Shown here: one piece after another, positions 30,619-40,225 of the stretch | Position numbering within the stretch: the first letter of the stretch is position 1 | How the letters are laid out: each line of letters begins with the position of its first letter | Source of the DNA: Armatimonadota bacterium | GTDB lineage: Bacteria > Armatimonadota > Fimbriimonadia > Fimbriimonadales > Fimbriimonadaceae | Length of the DNA: 64,000 nt | Assembly: GCA_037138755.1 (NCBI GenBank) | Contig: JBAXHT010000001.1 | Span: 31,805 to 95,804 of the forward strand | Direction: 5' to 3' | Program-made: the position numbers and the translations under genes | Notes under the pieces: model-generated | Databases searched by the model: none | What the model saw: the letters and a program-made list of their open reading frames with translations, nothing else | What the model was told of the DNA's origin: nothing

Positions 30619-33265
30619 CGAACTCGGGCTTCGGCAGATCAAGCCCCTTGATCTGCTCGAGGATTGCTTTCTTGTCGCCAACGAGGACGATCAGAGAATT
30701 CGAGCGATTGTACATTCGCTTCCCGATTGCGTTCAGTTGGGCCGCGGTGAGCTTGGAGACAGCAACTAGTTTTGCATCCTGTTTGGTTTGAGTTGTTCCC
30801 ATTGCCTCGAGGCCGAGAGCCGTTCCCACGATTTCGTTCAAGGAGCCGTATCCCGTGACAATGTTGGTTCGGATCAGCTTGCCCGCCTTGCCAGCTTCTG
30901 TTTCGGTGACATCCATGGACTGAATCCGGTCAAGTTCCTTGATGAACTCCTTGAGCGAAGCCCCTGTCACGTCGGTACGAACCGACGAGCTCAGTCGGAG
31001 GTACCCGAAGCTGGCATTTGCGGTCATTGACGCTCCAGCTCCGTAGGTGTAGCCTTTGTCTTCCCTCAAGTTCTGGTTTAGCCGGCTGGTGAACGAACCT
31101 CCGAGGATGGTTGTCACGGCATCTAGAGGAGTAGCCTCGGCATCGCTCTCTTTGAGGCCGGGGAAGTAGAGGCCAATAACGGTTTGAACCGCATTCGGCC
31201 GATCCACGATCACGAGGCGGGATTTGCTGACGCTGGGTGCGGCGAAGCTCTGATAGCTTGCCGACTTAGCACCTTTCAGCTTTGCAAGCTTCGTTGCGAG
31301 CAGAGATTTTGCCTGCGTGATCGACATGCCTCCGGCGGCGAGGATCGAGTTTCCGCTTGCTCGTACCTGGGTGACAACCGCCTTAACATCCTTCAGGGTG
31401 ATTGCTTTCAGGCTAGCTTCAGTTCCGCTTGCCGGACGGGCGTAGGGGTGGGTTGCGCCAAAGAACTCGCGCATTGCGACCTTTCGGGCGACGGAATTAG
31501 GGTTATCATTCTCCTGCTTCACCTGGGCCATCACTTCGTCTTTGAGGTCCTTGAAATCGGAATCTGCCAGCGTTGGCGAGAGGATTGAGTCGACCATGAG
31601 GTCGATGGCCGCGGACGCATTGGAGAGAGGGGCGGTCAGGCTGAAGGTCGTTCCCGAAGTTCCAGTCGTGACGTTCAGGTTTGCTCCGAGGGCGTCAAGG
31701 AGTGCAGAGGTGTCGCTGGCCGACTTTCCCTTTGCACCGCGAACCATCATCTCAGTTGCCAGGTTGACGAGCCCTTCTTTACCTTTGGGATCGGCAAATG
31801 TGCCTTGGGAATACTGGACGCTTACAGTCACCTGAGGGACACCAGCGCGGCTCCAATAGCGGATGCCACCGATGTCGGTTGGCTTTGGAGAAGTAAACGT
31901 TCCTGCTTCATCAATCGACGGCTGGGTGTCGCGGGGATTCTGCTCGGCGGAGGTCGATTCTGGCACGACGCGCAGAGTTAAGCGAGGTTTGCCAACTAGC
32001 GAGTTCGCCACTGCCTGCTTCACTGCCGCTGGAGTCAGGGCCTTATAAGCGTCGATCTCCTTCTGGAAGTAGTCAGGCGTTCCGTAGTAGAATTCGTACT
32101 CGTTCATCTTGTCCGCCTTCTGATCGAGGCTTTGGAGCGTGCGCGCCGTTGCGCTTTCTCGGCTGGCGACGACGCGCTTGAGTTCGTCGGCGGTTGGTCC
32201 ACTTTTGGCTAGTCCGGCGACGACACGGTCGATTGCGCGTTCCATTTCGACTTGAGACTTACCCTCAGCAACCGTTGCATCAATGTAGAACACCGAGCCG
32301 AGGTAGCTGGAGTCTTGGTAAGCAGAGACGTCTGAGGCGAGTCCTAGCTTGCTGACGACTTCCTGTTGCAATCGGCTGGCGAGTCCGCCAGCGAGAATTG
32401 TCCCCGTGGCTTTCAAGGCGAGATCACCCACTTTGCCGTATGCTGGCGTATGGTAGCAGAGGAAGGATTTGGGCGCGGAAACAGCGTCCACCATCGTAAC
32501 GGTGCGGCTTTCAAACTTGAACGGCTGGACCAGTTTGCGTCCGATATCGTTCTTGCGAGGCAACGTGCCAAACAATTTCGCAATTACAGGTTTGATCTTT
32601 GCGGGATCAAAGTCGCCAGCGACGATCAGAGATGCGTTGTTCGGGACGTAAAACTGGTTAAAGAAGTCTTTAACATCCTGCACCGATGCCGCAGTCAAGT
32701 CCTCGTGGGAACCAATCACCGATGTGCTGTAGGGGTGACCCTTGGGATAGAGCAGGCCAGGCATGGCCTCCTGGGCTTTGCCGTAGGGTTCGTTCTCAAC
32801 ATTCTGCCGTCGCTCGTTCTTCACGACATCGCGCTGGAGATCGACCTTCTTCTCGGTCATGTTTTCGGCGAGAGCTTCAAGCCGATCTGCATCCAGCCAG
32901 AGCAGAGTGGGAAGAATGTTCGAGGGACCGAAGGAGAAATAGTTCGTTCGATCCGTAGAGGTTGAGGCGTTGTTGTATCCTCCAGCCTTCTCCATGATCT
33001 GGTCGAATTCGCCGTTCGGAACCCGCTTGGTTCCCATGAACATGAGGTGCTCGAAGAGGTGGGCAAAGCCGCTTCTTCGCTCGGGCTCGTCTTTGCTGGC
33101 GACGTAAAACCATGTGTTGATCGTCGCTACGGGCAGCGTCTTATCAACGTGAAGAATTACCTTCATTCCGTTCGGGAGGGTGTACTTCTCGAAGGGGACC
33201 TTGATTCCGCCGCTGGCTTGGCCAGCGAGAACCGTAGTGAGTGCGAATGTAGCGAGAATCGGCAT
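30608..33265 (-). CDS. Exported M16 family zinc protease (pitrilysin/PqqL-like)
   Basis: HxxEH motif in SGFAHLFEHLMF, NASTSTDRTNY, ERRQ..EN.PYG, second inactive M16 half with SRLNQNLREDKGYTYG. Confidence 0.92.
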   Translation of the reverse strand: MPILATFALTTVLAGQASGGIKVPFEKYTLPNGMKVILHVDKTLPVATINTWFYVASKDEPERRSGFAHLFEHLMFMGTKRVPNGEFDQIMEKAGGYNNASTSTDRTNYFSFGPSNILPTLLWLDADRLEALAENMTEKKVDLQRDVVKNERRQNVENEPYGKAQEAMPGLLYPKGHPYSTSVIGSHEDLTAASVQDVKDFFNQFYVPNNASLIVAGDFDPAKIKPVIAKLFGTLPRKNDIGRKLVQPFKFESRTVTMVDAVSAPKSFLCYHTPAYGKVGDLALKATGTILAGGLASRLQQEVVSKLGLASDVSAYQDSSYLGSVFYIDATVAEGKSQVEMERAIDRVVAGLAKSGPTADELKRVVASRESATARTLQSLDQKADKMNEYEFYYGTPDYFQKEIDAYKALTPAAVKQAVANSLVGKPRLTLRVVPESTSAEQNPRDTQPSIDEAGTFTSPKPTDIGGIRYWSRAGVPQVTVSVQYSQGTFADPKGKEGLVNLATEMMVRGAKGKSASDTSALLDALGANLNVTTGTSGTTFSLTAPLSNASAAIDLMVDSILSPTLADSDFKDLKDEVMAQVKQENDNPNSVARKVAMREFFGATHPYARPASGTEASLKAITLKDVKAVVTQVRASGNSILAAGGMSITQAKSLLATKLAKLKGAKSASYQSFAAPSVSKSRLVIVDRPNAVQTVIGLYFPGLKESDAEATPLDAVTTILGGSFTSRLNQNLREDKGYTYGAGASMTANASFGYLRLSSSVRTDVTGASLKEFIKELDRIQSMDVTETEAGKAGKLIRTNIVTGYGSLNEIVGTALGLEAMGTTQTKQDAKLVAVSKLTAAQLNAIGKRMYNRSNSLIVLVGDKKAILEQIKGLDLPKPEFVNP

Positions 33266-33323
33266 ACGGCATAGTCTATCGCCTTTGCGAGCACGATGGT
33301 TCCGGCTAAACTATGCGGACGCT

Positions 33324-33920
33324 ATGATCCTGGTTATCGATAACTACGACTCCTTCACCTACAACCTGGTCCAGTATCTGGGACAGTGCGGTGCCGAAGT
33401 CGTGGTCTACCGAAACGACCAAATCACCCTTGAAGAAATCGTCGCTCTGAAGCCCTCCGGGATTCTCTTGAGCCCAGGGCCTTGCACCCCCAACGAATCT
33501 GGGATCTGTGTCGATATTCTTCGCCAAGCTCTTGCCGGGGCTCCGGGATTCGACGTTCCGGTGTTTGGTGTCTGCCTTGGTCACCAGGCGATCGGGTTCG
33601 TCACCGGTGCCACCGTTAATCGAGCGAACAAGACGATGCACGGAAAGGCGTCGATGGTTTCACACGACGGCATTGGACTGTTTGAGGGAATGCCAAATCC
33701 GTTTTCGGCGATCCGCTACCACTCGCTTGTAGTGGATCGCTCGACCGTTCCGGAGGGGTTTGTTGTGACCTCCCGATCGAACGATGACGACGAGATCATG
33801 GGGCTTCGTCACGAGTCGCTGCCGATTGAAGGGGTTCAGTTCCACCCCGAGTCGGTTCTCACCGAACAAGGGTTTAAGATGGTCGAGAACTTTGCCAAGC
33901 GCGTGGCTCAGCGGAGTTGA
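33324..33920 (+). CDS. trpG: Anthranilate/aminodeoxychorismate synthase component II (glutamine amidotransferase)
   Basis: MILVIDNYDSFTYNLVQY, SPGP, GVCLGHQ, RYHSL, VQFHPES. TrpG and PabA cannot be distinguished from sequence alone. Confidence 0.9.
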   Translation: MILVIDNYDSFTYNLVQYLGQCGAEVVVYRNDQITLEEIVALKPSGILLSPGPCTPNESGICVDILRQALAGAPGFDVPVFGVCLGHQAIGFVTGATVNRANKTMHGKASMVSHDGIGLFEGMPNPFSAIRYHSLVVDRSTVPEGFVVTSRSNDDDEIMGLRHESLPIEGVQFHPESVLTEQGFKMVENFAKRVAQRS

Positions 33921-34363
33921 TTGAGCAGTTCCTGCCGGACACGTTTGCGCTGGATGTGTCTTGGCTCCGATGTGACGCTGAGAAGTTTCGGCTGCTCATT
34001 TTCGTTGCTCACCCGAATGATGTAGGTCCCCTCGCCTTTCTCGAATTGGCAGTAAGCGTAGTAGCTGAACTCGTTCTTGCCGCTGGTCATATCGCCCATG
34101 TCGGCCATTCCCATGATGTTGGTGATCTCTTGAAACTTGCCCAGTGACTTCTCGAGCTTTTGAGAATGCAGTTGTATCTCAGGTGATCCTTTTCGGTCCT
34201 GATGAGCGGCTATCAACTCGGTTCGGATGAAGTCTTTATCCCGGCCAACAATCGCCATGAAGCCTCGGCCATAGGTGGCACCGACAATGGCGAGGAGGAA
34301 GAGGACAAGACCAAAAATGGCCAGAATCGTGGTGAGAACTTTTCGTTTGGGTTGCTTCGCCAT
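33908..34363 (-). CDS. Membrane-anchored DUF4019/DUF3887-like protein
   Basis: N-terminal TM, SLGKFQEI, FEKGEGTYIIRV...PKLLSV; paralog of 34386-34928. Confidence 0.55.
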   Translation of the reverse strand: MAKQPKRKVLTTILAIFGLVLFLLAIVGATYGRGFMAIVGRDKDFIRTELIAAHQDRKGSPEIQLHSQKLEKSLGKFQEITNIMGMADMGDMTSGKNEFSYYAYCQFEKGEGTYIIRVSNENEQPKLLSVTSEPRHIQRKRVRQELLNQLR

Positions 34364-34385
34364 CGGCGATTTTCAACCCTTCCGA

Positions 34386-34928
34386 TTACTTCTTAGTTCC
34401 CTCAGTAGTCTTCTTCAGTCGCTCTTTGGCTTGATCGAGACCGGAATCTGTCATTTCCATCAGCTCGTTTGAGTTAAGCGCAATCGAGTAGATTTTCGGT
34501 TTGGGACCGTCGTTGCGAACCGTTACCTTGAACTTCCCTTTCCCCTTTTCAAACTCACCATCGACGGTGAACGAGAGGTAGAAGCCACGATCTTTCTCGC
34601 CGGACTTGGTGACTAGGCTTTGAGGAACGTCTTCGACCTTTCCAAGCGTCTTGAGCTTGCCGAGTTTTTGGTTGAAGATCGCGAACCGCTTCTTCGTACC
34701 GTCCCGACCCTCGGGAGTGAGGAACTCTTTGTCGGCGAATTCGGCAAACACTGCCTCATCCCAGCTCTTTCCTGTTTTCTCAAGAGAAGTCGCGACGAAG
34801 GAACGGTTAGAGGCGATGGTCTCTTTCACGCGCTCCAACGTGGTTCGAGTGAGATAGAACACGCCTCCACAACACAGCACCAGCACCCCGATGAGGGAGG
34901 CGAGGAGGATGCCGGTCTTTTTGTTCAT
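34386..34928 (-). CDS. Membrane-anchored DUF4019/DUF3887-like protein
   Basis: N-terminal TM with LCCGG, KLGKLKTL, FEKGKGKFKVTV...PKIYSI. Confidence 0.55.
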   Translation of the reverse strand: MNKKTGILLASLIGVLVLCCGGVFYLTRTTLERVKETIASNRSFVATSLEKTGKSWDEAVFAEFADKEFLTPEGRDGTKKRFAIFNQKLGKLKTLGKVEDVPQSLVTKSGEKDRGFYLSFTVDGEFEKGKGKFKVTVRNDGPKPKIYSIALNSNELMEMTDSGLDQAKERLKKTTEGTKK

Positions 34929-34937
34929 GCCGTTATC

Positions 34938-36644
34938 TTACTGGTTTGCAGCCTTGGCTTCTTCGATGTCGATATCCGTCGGAATTCGGAACATAAAGTC
35001 CGACCCGACGCCGACTTCAGATTCGCACCAGATTTTGCCCATGTGAACCTGCTCGACTAAGTGCTTAACCAAGAATAGGCCCAGGCCCGTTCCATAAATC
35101 TTTCGGTTGTCGTCATTGTTGACTCGATGGAACTTCTCGAAGACTTTGCCGAGATGATCCTTTGGAATTCCAAGTCCCTGATCCTTGACACCAATCAACA
35201 AGGTCTTGCCTTCGTTTCGGGCATGGATAATCACGTCGCCACCGTTTGGCGAGTATTTGATGGCGTTGTTCATCAGGTTCGTGAGAATCTGATCCATCTT
35301 GTCTTGATCGCCTACGATCAGCTTTGGAAGCGGATTTTCGATTTCCACCTTTATGGTGTGTTTGCTGGTTGCTTGCTTTTGAACCATCGCGACCTTATGA
35401 ATAAGGTCTGTGACGTCGACGTGGCCATAATTCGGGCTGAGCGATTCGCCCGCCTCGATTCGGCTTGTGTTGAGCAGGTCATCAATCAGGCGGCGAAGTC
35501 GGTCGCACTCGCCAACAACGATGCCAAGGAACTCTCGCTGATCGTCCTTGGTATACATGTCCTCGTCGATGCCTTCGAGTAGAGTCGATGAAAAGCCTTT
35601 GATCGCGGTAAGCGGGGTTCGCAGCTCGTGCGAAGCCATGGCAACGAACGAGGACTTCATGCGGTCGATGTTTCGGATCTCGGTCACGTCGGCAAGGATT
35701 GCGACGACGCCGATTCCCTTACCGTCTTGCCCGGTCACGCTTGCAAACTGGGACTCATAGATCCGCTCGCTGTTGCCGAGCACCACGTAGGTCTCAACTT
35801 TGCCGGGATCGGTGCCGTCGATGAGCTTCTGGATGGCATCCACAACCGCCGAGTCCTTGATGACCTCGTTCATGTGCTTGCCGAGAGCATCCTGTGGAGC
35901 TTGGAACACCGCACGGGCGGTGGCGTTGACCTGGCTGAGCCGACCTTCGGTTGAAACCAGAACCAGTCCGGAGGTCAGAGACTCGAAGGTCTGAGCAAGC
36001 TCTTCCTTCTCTTCGACCACCTCGCGGTACATCTGGAGATTGGCGATGATCGAGCCAACGTTTCGCGCCATGCGCTCTAGGAGCCGAACGTCCTCGTCGT
36101 TGAAGTCTTCACCGTGTCGCTTGTTGAATGCGTGAAGTACGCCGATGGTCGACTTCTCAATGACTCGGTTCTCTTCGTCGCGCTTCTCGATGATGAGCGG
36201 TACGCAGACGCCATTGGAAACGTGAAGCAATCCGTACGACTCCTCGCGTGACTCTTCGTGGGACTCGATGTCGTGATAAATTAGAGCTTCGCCTTCGCGG
36301 AAGACCTTGCCGGAGATGCCGTGAGTTGCTCTAACTTTGAACGCAGCCAAGTGAGCTTCGTCGAGACCAAAAGCTGGCGGGATGCCTTTCAGCTCGCCGA
36401 TTTCTCGGTCGTGGAACATGATGACGATCTTTTCCGCCTGGAGGATCATCGCGATGCGCTGGACGAGCCGGCGAAGAGTGATGTCGGCCTGGTCGATTGG
36501 GGTGACATCGACGGACTGCTCGGATCGCTGCGAAACGGGCAGATTCTTATCGGTCTCTAGCTCGCTAATTCGGCGATTGAGACGATCTACTTCCGCTTGC
36601 AGCTCGTTTATCCGCAGTTGACTGTTTGACAGTTCTTCAGGCAT
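34938..36644 (-). CDS. Cytoplasmic sensor histidine kinase (coiled coil-GAF-PAS-HisKA-HATPase)
   Basis: H-box ASHELRTPLTAI, N-box NLMNNAIKYSP, G1 VKDQGLGIP, G2 GTGLGL, GAF motif IGVL.AFNK...FNDED. No TM segments. Confidence 0.92.
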   Translation of the reverse strand: MPEELSNSQLRINELQAEVDRLNRRISELETDKNLPVSQRSEQSVDVTPIDQADITLRRLVQRIAMILQAEKIVIMFHDREIGELKGIPPAFGLDEAHLAAFKVRATHGISGKVFREGEALIYHDIESHEESREESYGLLHVSNGVCVPLIIEKRDEENRVIEKSTIGVLHAFNKRHGEDFNDEDVRLLERMARNVGSIIANLQMYREVVEEKEELAQTFESLTSGLVLVSTEGRLSQVNATARAVFQAPQDALGKHMNEVIKDSAVVDAIQKLIDGTDPGKVETYVVLGNSERIYESQFASVTGQDGKGIGVVAILADVTEIRNIDRMKSSFVAMASHELRTPLTAIKGFSSTLLEGIDEDMYTKDDQREFLGIVVGECDRLRRLIDDLLNTSRIEAGESLSPNYGHVDVTDLIHKVAMVQKQATSKHTIKVEIENPLPKLIVGDQDKMDQILTNLMNNAIKYSPNGGDVIIHARNEGKTLLIGVKDQGLGIPKDHLGKVFEKFHRVNNDDNRKIYGTGLGLFLVKHLVEQVHMGKIWCESEVGVGSDFMFRIPTDIDIEEAKAANQ

Positions 36645-36741
36645 CTTGCAAAAAATCCTTTGTGATGACGACCAAAAACCGCCGCCACCTAAAATGACAC
36701 GTCTAGTATGACCGTTTGTAGCGTATAAAAGACAGTAAGAA

Positions 36742-37407
36742 ATGAGCGAAGAACACCCGGAAATTCCGATCTTTCCGCTGCACGCAGTGCTGTTCCCTCA
36801 TTCACGCCTACAACTTCACATTTTTGAGACCAGGTACCGCCAAATGGTGTCGCATTGCATCGCTTCTGGTGGGTATTTCGGCGTAGCTCTGATCCGCATC
36901 GGCGAAGAAAGCGGGGAGCCCGCTGAGCCGTATCTCGTTGGGACCCTCGTGCGGATCGTTGACGTTCACACCTATACCGATGGACGGTTCGATATCAATG
37001 TTTTGGGACTAAGCAGGTTTCGTATTCGCCATCTGGATGAGACGATGCCTTATCTCACCGCTCAGGTTGAACCACTCATAGAATCGACCGTCTCGAACGA
37101 AGATGAGTTAGATGTTTTGGCAAAGGAGTGTCGCCAGTTGTGCGAGAACCTGATTCGCCACCAGTTAAGGGTGGCCGAGATGGACATCGACGTTCGCTTC
37201 CCGGACGGGCCGGAAGGGCTGTCGTACTCGATAGCTAACCTATTGGACTTCACCCTGCTGCAGAAGCAGTCATTCTTGGAGATGACGGACACAGTTTCTC
37301 GGCTTGAGGCGATGCACGCTTACTTGGCTGACCTAAACATCCCGAGTGAGACGGAGCCGAAGCGACTTCGAGCGATTGATTTGAGAGACTGGGTTTCTGT
37401 TAATTAG
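36742..37407 (+). CDS. Stand-alone LON peptidase substrate-binding (LON-N/PUA) domain protein
   Basis: PIFPLHAVLFP, LHIFE.RY.QMV, YTDGRF.I...G..RFRI, LLQKQSFLE. Confidence 0.88.
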   Translation: MSEEHPEIPIFPLHAVLFPHSRLQLHIFETRYRQMVSHCIASGGYFGVALIRIGEESGEPAEPYLVGTLVRIVDVHTYTDGRFDINVLGLSRFRIRHLDETMPYLTAQVEPLIESTVSNEDELDVLAKECRQLCENLIRHQLRVAEMDIDVRFPDGPEGLSYSIANLLDFTLLQKQSFLEMTDTVSRLEAMHAYLADLNIPSETEPKRLRAIDLRDWVSVN

Positions 37408-37490
37408 TCAAATCACTGAATTTCAAACTCTTTATTAGTTTCCCTTAAGGTTTAACGAATCATTCTGAGTCAAAGTGGAATAATTGACTT

Positions 37491-38696
37491 ATGATCGAAA
37501 ACTCAGTTGATCCCGGAACACGGTTGAATGCTGACCGGATGCAACACCCCTCGGGTCACGTCAATACCCCGATCTCTGACTCGGCGATGTTTGCATTTGG
37601 AACGGGGGCCGAGATGACCGAGATGTTTGAAGTCGGAATCCCCGGGCGGTTCCTCTATTCTCGTCACGCCAATCCGAGCTGCGCGGCACTTGCGGTTAAG
37701 CTCGCCGCATTGGAAGGGACCGAATCCGCCTTGGTGACGGCCTCGGGGATGTCCGCAATTGCGTGCGCGATTCTTCAAACCTGCTCTGTTGGCGACCACA
37801 TCATCGCCAGCCGAACTGTGTACGGTGGCACGTATGCACTTCTCGACAACTTCCTTCCACGTTTTGGAATCACCACCTCTTTCATCGACATCAACGATGG
37901 CGCGTCCCTTGCTTCGGCTTTGACGCCGAACACCAAAATGGTCTTCGCCGAGACGATGAGTAATCCTCTGCTGGCGGTGTGCGATATTCCTAGCCTAGCT
38001 ACTTTTGCGCAGCAGAACGGGTTGACGCTCATGATTGACAACACGTTTGCGCCGCTCATTTGCAGCCCCGCTGAGCACGGTGCAGATATCGTCATTCACA
38101 GCCTCACGAAGTACATCAATGGCATGGGTGACCACCTTGGGGGCGTCATTTGTGGCGGTGAATCTCTTATTCAATCCTTAATGGATGTCAACACCGGAGC
38201 GACGATGCTGCTGGGGCCCTCGATGGATGCTGGCGTCGCTGCGGATGTCCGAAAGAACCTCCAATCTCTGCCCGTGAGAGTGCGTCAGCATTCGGCCAAT
38301 GCGCTCAAAGTTGCGGGCAGGATCCAGGAGTCAGGTTTTCGAGTTGTGTATCCGGGTCTGGTTTCGCATCCTGACTTCGAGCGACTTGGCTCTTTGGCGA
38401 ATACAGGCTATGGAGCGGGGGCAGTTATGACCCTCGACTGCGGAAGCCGCGACCGGGCCGACGTGCTGATGCAGCGCCTGAAAGAAGCCGGGGTCGGCTT
38501 CTTGGCAGTCTCGTTGGGTTACGTTCACACGTTGTTCTCGATGCCCGCCTGCTCAACCTCTAGCGAAATCCCCGCCTCGGAAAGGGAGCGAATGGGACTG
38601 AGCGAGGGATTTGTGCGGTTTTCAATTGGGATCGATGCGGACGGCGATTGGCTTGCCTCGCAGATTGTCGACATCACTAAATCGGTTCTCTCGTAG
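37491..38696 (+). CDS. PLP-dependent Cys/Met metabolism enzyme, methionine gamma-lyase-like
   Basis: YSRHANP, TASGMSAI, VYGGTYALL, ETMSNP, DNTFAP, PLP lysine in HSLTKY, AVSLGY, VRFSIG. Confidence 0.88.
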   Translation: MIENSVDPGTRLNADRMQHPSGHVNTPISDSAMFAFGTGAEMTEMFEVGIPGRFLYSRHANPSCAALAVKLAALEGTESALVTASGMSAIACAILQTCSVGDHIIASRTVYGGTYALLDNFLPRFGITTSFIDINDGASLASALTPNTKMVFAETMSNPLLAVCDIPSLATFAQQNGLTLMIDNTFAPLICSPAEHGADIVIHSLTKYINGMGDHLGGVICGGESLIQSLMDVNTGATMLLGPSMDAGVAADVRKNLQSLPVRVRQHSANALKVAGRIQESGFRVVYPGLVSHPDFERLGSLANTGYGAGAVMTLDCGSRDRADVLMQRLKEAGVGFLAVSLGYVHTLFSMPACSTSSEIPASERERMGLSEGFVRFSIGIDADGDWLASQIVDITKSVLS

Positions 38697-38705
38697 AATA
38701 GCAAC

Positions 38706-39746
38706 GTGATTTTCGCTGCACTCGCTCTCGCTCCGACTTACTACAGAGGGGTCGATGCCTCATTCATCCCAGAATATCGGGATCTGAAGGCGGAGTTCTT
38801 TGTGGGTGCAAAGAAGACTGAACCTTTGACCGCGTTCGCCGGGGCCGGTGTCAATATTCTGAGGCTGCGGGTTTGGGTGAACCCGCCCAAGGGGTACTGT
38901 GACCTGGCTCATACGCTCCAGATGGCGAAGGAGGCCAAAGGGGTCGGGATGGAGACCCTGATTGACTTCCACTATTCCGACGACTGGGCCGATCCTCAGC
39001 ACCAGATCACGCCTTTGGCGTGGCAGAAGATGAACCTAAAAGAGCTCTGCGAGGCGACTCGGGCTCATACCAAACAGGTTTTGGATGCATTGATCAAACA
39101 AGGCACTCCTCCGAAACTGGTCGCAATCGGGAACGAGATACGTAATGGGATGATGTGGCCGCTCGGCAAGCTTCCTGAAGGCGGCTACGACAATCTGGCG
39201 GCGTTGCTTAAAGCCGGTTTGCAAGGCGCGGCACAAGCCGAAGGTAAGCGAGATCGCTGGCAGACTCAAATCCACCACGATTCGGGCGGTGACGCCAAGG
39301 CCTGCCGAGTATTTTTTGACAACTTGAAGTCCTGCGGGGTGAAGTACGACACGATCGGTCTGAGCTACTACCCCTGGTGGCACGGCACGTTTGACCAACT
39401 GCGCGAAAACCTAGCGACGCTTGCAGAGCGGTACCGCAAGCCGGTGATGGTTGCCGAAACGGCTTACCCGTTCAGCTTCAAATGGGCGGACGACACCGGA
39501 AACTTCGTGTGGGAGAAGACGGATATGAAGTGTGCGATTCCTGCTACACCGGAAGGTCAGGCACTGTTTCTGCGCGAGCTTCACAAAGTCGTTCGAGCGA
39601 CTCCGCGTGGACTAGGTGCAGGAGTGATTTACTGGGCTCCGGAGTACGTCGCGCATCCGGGTATGAAGACACCATACGAAAACCTGGCGCTCTTCGACTT
39701 TGAACATCGCCTTTTGCCGGGGGCTGCCGCACTCGCCGGACGTTAG
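38706..39746 (+). CDS. GH53 arabinogalactan endo-1,4-beta-galactanase
   Basis: RLRVWVNP, IDFHYSDDWADP, acid/base IGNE, GLSYYPWWHG, nucleophile VAETAYP, YWAPE, ENLALFDF. Confidence 0.93.
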   Translation: MIFAALALAPTYYRGVDASFIPEYRDLKAEFFVGAKKTEPLTAFAGAGVNILRLRVWVNPPKGYCDLAHTLQMAKEAKGVGMETLIDFHYSDDWADPQHQITPLAWQKMNLKELCEATRAHTKQVLDALIKQGTPPKLVAIGNEIRNGMMWPLGKLPEGGYDNLAALLKAGLQGAAQAEGKRDRWQTQIHHDSGGDAKACRVFFDNLKSCGVKYDTIGLSYYPWWHGTFDQLRENLATLAERYRKPVMVAETAYPFSFKWADDTGNFVWEKTDMKCAIPATPEGQALFLRELHKVVRATPRGLGAGVIYWAPEYVAHPGMKTPYENLALFDFEHRLLPGAAALAGR

Positions 39747-40216
39747 GATTTCGCATCCAAGCGTTTCAAAATTTGCTCCATCATTTCTTGATGCTTTTCG
39801 AGCCTCAGTAGAATCTCGGTGATTTCGTGCTCGGCTCGCACGTTGACTTCAAAATCACTTTCCGCCCGAAGCTCGCTGTGACGGGACTGCAGATTCTGGC
39901 CGACCATGATGAGCGGCATGAGCAGAATCTGAATCACGTTTGAGATGAGGAGATAGGCGACAAAGGCAGGGAACGGATCGAACGCTTCGAGCCCAAAATG
40001 TGGGGCGAACGCATTGTAGGAAACCCAACACACTGTCCAGGTGAAGATCAAGAGGAAGAAGGACGGCGAGCCGACCTTGTCGGTGATCTTCAACGCGAGA
40101 ATTTCTAGCGGACTCAGCTTGTCGCAGTGCTCGCGGTTTGGGTTGAGAACCGGCTTCGGCTCCGCCAGAACTTGATCTTTGGTTCGGTGTTGATGCCTGC
40201 GTTTGTAGATGCCCAT
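39743..40216 (-). CDS. DUF1003 domain membrane protein
   Basis: ITDKVGS..FF, FDPFP, MVGQNLQS...ELRAE.DFEVN..AE.EI. Confidence 0.88.
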   Translation of the reverse strand: MGIYKRRHQHRTKDQVLAEPKPVLNPNREHCDKLSPLEILALKITDKVGSPSFFLLIFTWTVCWVSYNAFAPHFGLEAFDPFPAFVAYLLISNVIQILLMPLIMVGQNLQSRHSELRAESDFEVNVRAEHEITEILLRLEKHQEMMEQILKRLDAKS

Positions 40217-40225
40217 TCACTAAGC

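Noticed and set aside
37408-37490. Possible SAM riboswitch upstream of the Met/Cys enzyme
   Set aside because: The spacer is too short and AT-rich and shows no SAM-I/II core motifs
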